Positions 16,293 through 19,182 of a DNA stretch of 19,182 nucleotides are shown here, one piece after another. Every line of letters starts with the position of its first letter. Position 1 is the stretch's first letter. The stretch comes from a virus. Its lineage: Duplodnaviria > Heunggongvirae > Uroviricota > Caudoviricetes. The stretch lies in the IMG/VR virus record IMGVR_UViG_2706794676_000003; one strand, written 5' to 3'. Below the pieces are notes generated by a model. It did no database searches. It was not told the DNA's origin and was given only the letters and a program-made list of their open reading frames with translations. Made by a program: the position numbers and the translations under genes.

Positions 16293-19182
16293 ATGGGTAA
16301 AGGCAGCAGTAAGGGGCATACCCCGCGCGAAGCGAAGGACAACCTGAAGTCCACGCAGCTGCTGAGTGTGATCGATGCCATCAGTGAAGGGCCGGTTGAA
16401 GGTCCGGTGGATGGATTAAAAAGCGTGCTGCTGAACAGTACGCCGGTGCTGGACAATGAGGGGAATACCAACATCTCCGGCGTCACGGTGGTGTTCCGGG
16501 CAGGTGAGCAGGAGCAGTCACCGCCGGAGGGGTTTGAATCCTCCGGCTCCGAGACGGTGCTGGGTACGGAAGTGAAATATGACACGCCGATCACCCGGAC
16601 CATCACGTCGGCAAACATCGACCGTCTGCGCTTTACCTTCGGTGTACAGGCACTGGTGGAAACCACCTCAAAGGGAGACAGGAATCCGTCGGAAGTCCGC
16701 CTGCTGGTTCAGATACAGCGTAACGGTGGCTGGGTGACGGAAAAAGACATCACCATTAAGGGCAAAACCACCTCGCAGTATCTGGTCTCGGNNNNNNNNN
16801 NNNNNNNNNNNNNNNNNNNNNNNNNNNNNNNNNNNNNNNNNNNNNNNNNNNNNNNNNNNNNNNNNNNNNNNNNNNNNNNNNNNNNNNNNNNNNNNNNNNN
16901 NNNNNNNNNNNNNNNNNNNNNNNNNNNNNNNNNNNNNNNNNNNNNNNNNNNNNNNNNNNNNNNNNNNNNNNNNNNNNNNNNNNNNNNNNNNNNNNNNNNN
17001 NNNNNNNNNNNNNNNNNNNNNNNNNNNNNNNNNNNNNNNNNNNNNNNNNNNNNNNNNNNNATACAGCGGTATCTGGGACGGAACGTTAAAACCAGCATAC
17101 AGCAACAACATGGCCTGGTGTCTGTGGGATATGCTGACCCACCCGCGCTACGGCATGGGGAAACGTCTTGGTGCGGCGGATGTGGACAAATGGGCGCTGT
17201 ATGTCATCGGCCAGTACTGCGACCAGTCAGTGCCGGACGGCTTTGGCGGCACGGAGCCGCGCATCACCTGTAATGCGTACCTGACCACACAGCGCAAGGC
17301 GTGGGATGTGCTCAGTGATTTCTGCTCGGCGATGCGCTGTATGCCGGTATGGAACGGGCAGACGCTGACGTTCGTGCAGGACCGACCGTCGGATAAGGTG
17401 TGGACCTATAACCGCAGTAATGTGGTGATGCCGGATGATGGCGCGCCGTTCCGCTACAGCTTCAGCGCCCTGAAAGACCGCCATAATGCCGTTGAGGTGA
17501 ACTGGATTGACCCGGATAACGGCTGGGAGACGGCGACAGAGCTTGTGGAGGATACGCAGGCCATTGCCCGTTACGGTCGTAACGTCACGAAGATGGATGC
17601 TTTTGGCTGTACCAGCCGGGGGCAGGCACACCGCGCCGGGCTGTGGCTGATTAAAACAGAACTGCTGGAAACGCAGACCGTGGACTTCAGCGTGGGCGCA
17701 GAAGGGCTTCGCCATGTGCCGGGCGATGTCATTGAAATCTGTGATGATGACTATGCGGGTATCAGCATCGGCGGGCGCGTGCTGGCGGTAAACAGCCAGA
17801 CCCGGACGCTGACGCTCGACCGTGAAATCACGCTGCCATCCTCCGGTACCATGCTGATAAGCCTGGTTGACGGAAGTGGCAATCCGGTCAGCGTGGAGGT
17901 TCAGTCCGTCACCGACGGCGTGAAGGTGAAAGTGAGCCGTGTTCCTGACGGCGTTGCTGAATACAGCGTGTGGGGGCTGAAGCTGCCGACGTTGCGCCAG
18001 CGCCTGTTCCGCTGTGNNNNNNNNNNNNNNNNNNNNNNNNNNNNNNNNNNNNNNNNNNNNNNNNNNNNNNNNNNNNNNNNNNNNNNNNNNNNGCTGACAG
18101 TCCGGGCGGTAAATGCCTGGGGACAGCAGGGCGATCCGGCGTCGGTATCGTTCAGGATTGCCGCACCGGTAGCACCGTCGCGGATTGAGCTGACGCCGGG
18201 CTATTTTCAGATAACTGCCACGCCGCATCTTGCGGTTTATGATCCGACGGTACAGTTTGAGTTCTGGTTCTCGGAAACGCGGATTACCGATATCAGGCAG
18301 GTTGAAACCACAGCCCGCTACCTTGGCGCGGGGCTGTACTGGATAGCCGCCAGTATCAATATCAAACCGGGCCATGATTATTACTTTTATATCCGCAGTG
18401 TGAACACCGTTGGCAAATCGGCATTCGTGGAGGCCGTCGGTCGGGCGAGCGATGATGCGGAAGGTTACCTGGATTTTTTCAAAGGCAAGATAACCGAATC
18501 CCATCTCGGTAAAGAGCTGCTGGAAAAAGTTGATCTGACGGAGGATAACGCCAGCAGACTGGATGAGTTTTCGAAAGAGTGGAAGGACGCTAACGATAAA
18601 TGGAATGCGATGTGGGGCGTCAAAATTGAGCAGACCAAAGACGGCAAACATTATGTCGCGGGTATTGGCCTCAGCATGGAGGACACGGAGGAAGGCAAGC
18701 TGAGCCAGTTTCTGGTTGCCGCCAATCGTATCGCGTTTATTGACCCGGCAAACGGGAATGAAACGCCGATGTTTGTGGCGCAGGGCAACCAGATATTCAT
18801 GAACGACGTGTTCCTGAAGCGCCTGACAGCCCCCGCCATTACCAGCGGTGGCAGTCCTCCGGTATTTTCCCTGACATCAGACGGAAAGCTGACCGCTAAA
18901 AATGCGGATATCAGTGGTAGTGTGAATGCGAACTCAGGAACGCTCAACAATGTCACGATTAACCAGAACTGTACGATTAAGGGCATGCTGGAGGCGACCC
19001 AGGTCAGAGGGGATTTCGTTAAAGCTGTATCAAAAGCCTTCCCGAAAAAAGTCGGTACGTGGGGTAACACGGAAACACCAGACGGTACGGTTACAGTCAC
19101 CATCAGCGATGATCATAACTTTGACCGCCAGATTATTATTCCGCCCATTATTTTTAACGGTATAGCGTATGACGATCCGGGG
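16293..19182 (+). CDS. J: tail tip / central tail fibre protein J (host specificity protein), 5' ~960 codons; runs off the window end; interrupted by masked blocks 16792-17060 and 18017-18092
   Basis: Starts [34 protein letters not shown]... as lambda gpJ; after the first N-run the J sequence continues in frame 1 ([44 protein letters not shown]...) and stays open to the end of the window. Not a single entry in the ORF track because no stop codon is present and the frame changes across the first N-run. Confidence 0.9.

Noticed and set aside
17227-18651. 474-aa minus-strand ORF (and the adjacent 150-aa ORF at 18651-19103) opposite the J gene
   Set aside because: Lies entirely antisense to the well-supported, lambda-like J coding sequence in GC-rich DNA, where long spurious antisense ORFs are expected; no SD or recognisable protein features.
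1-19182. Search for CRISPR arrays, tRNA/tmRNA genes, att sites, cos site, or defence/toxin-antitoxin cargo
   Set aside because: No direct-repeat/spacer arrays, no tRNA-like cloverleaf candidates and no ORFs outside the structural gene series were seen; a cos or pac site may exist near terS but cannot be identified by eye.

Overview
This window is the late (virion structural) module of a lambdoid siphovirus prophage, with every supported gene on the + strand in lambda order: small and large terminase, portal, Mu F-like head morphogenesis protein, scaffold, major capsid protein, four head-tail joining/tail completion genes, major tail tube protein, tail assembly chaperones G/GT, a 1077-aa tape measure protein, then M, L, K, I and the first ~960 codons of J (running off the right edge). 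It is a mosaic: L-K-I-J read as near-identical to phage lambda (compared from memory, not by alignment), whereas the head genes, tail shaft genes, tape measure, M and the extreme C-terminus of J are divergent and more AT-rich. The left edge carries what looks like the terminal ~105 bp of an IS3-family insertion sequence on the minus strand, abutting the small terminase gene. Five N-blocks (2800-3064, 8825-9081, 14819-15069, 16792-17060, 18017-18092) are masked and hide parts of portal, major tail protein, the L/K junction and J. I found no defence system, toxin-antitoxin pair, CRISPR array, tRNA or other non-structural cargo; the most interesting items are the IS junction at terS, the G/GT frameshift site, an unusual T-to-tape-measure spacer with a terminator, a triplicated module in the tape measure N-terminus, an unlisted 58-codon ORF, and the mosaic breakpoints at M/L and inside J.
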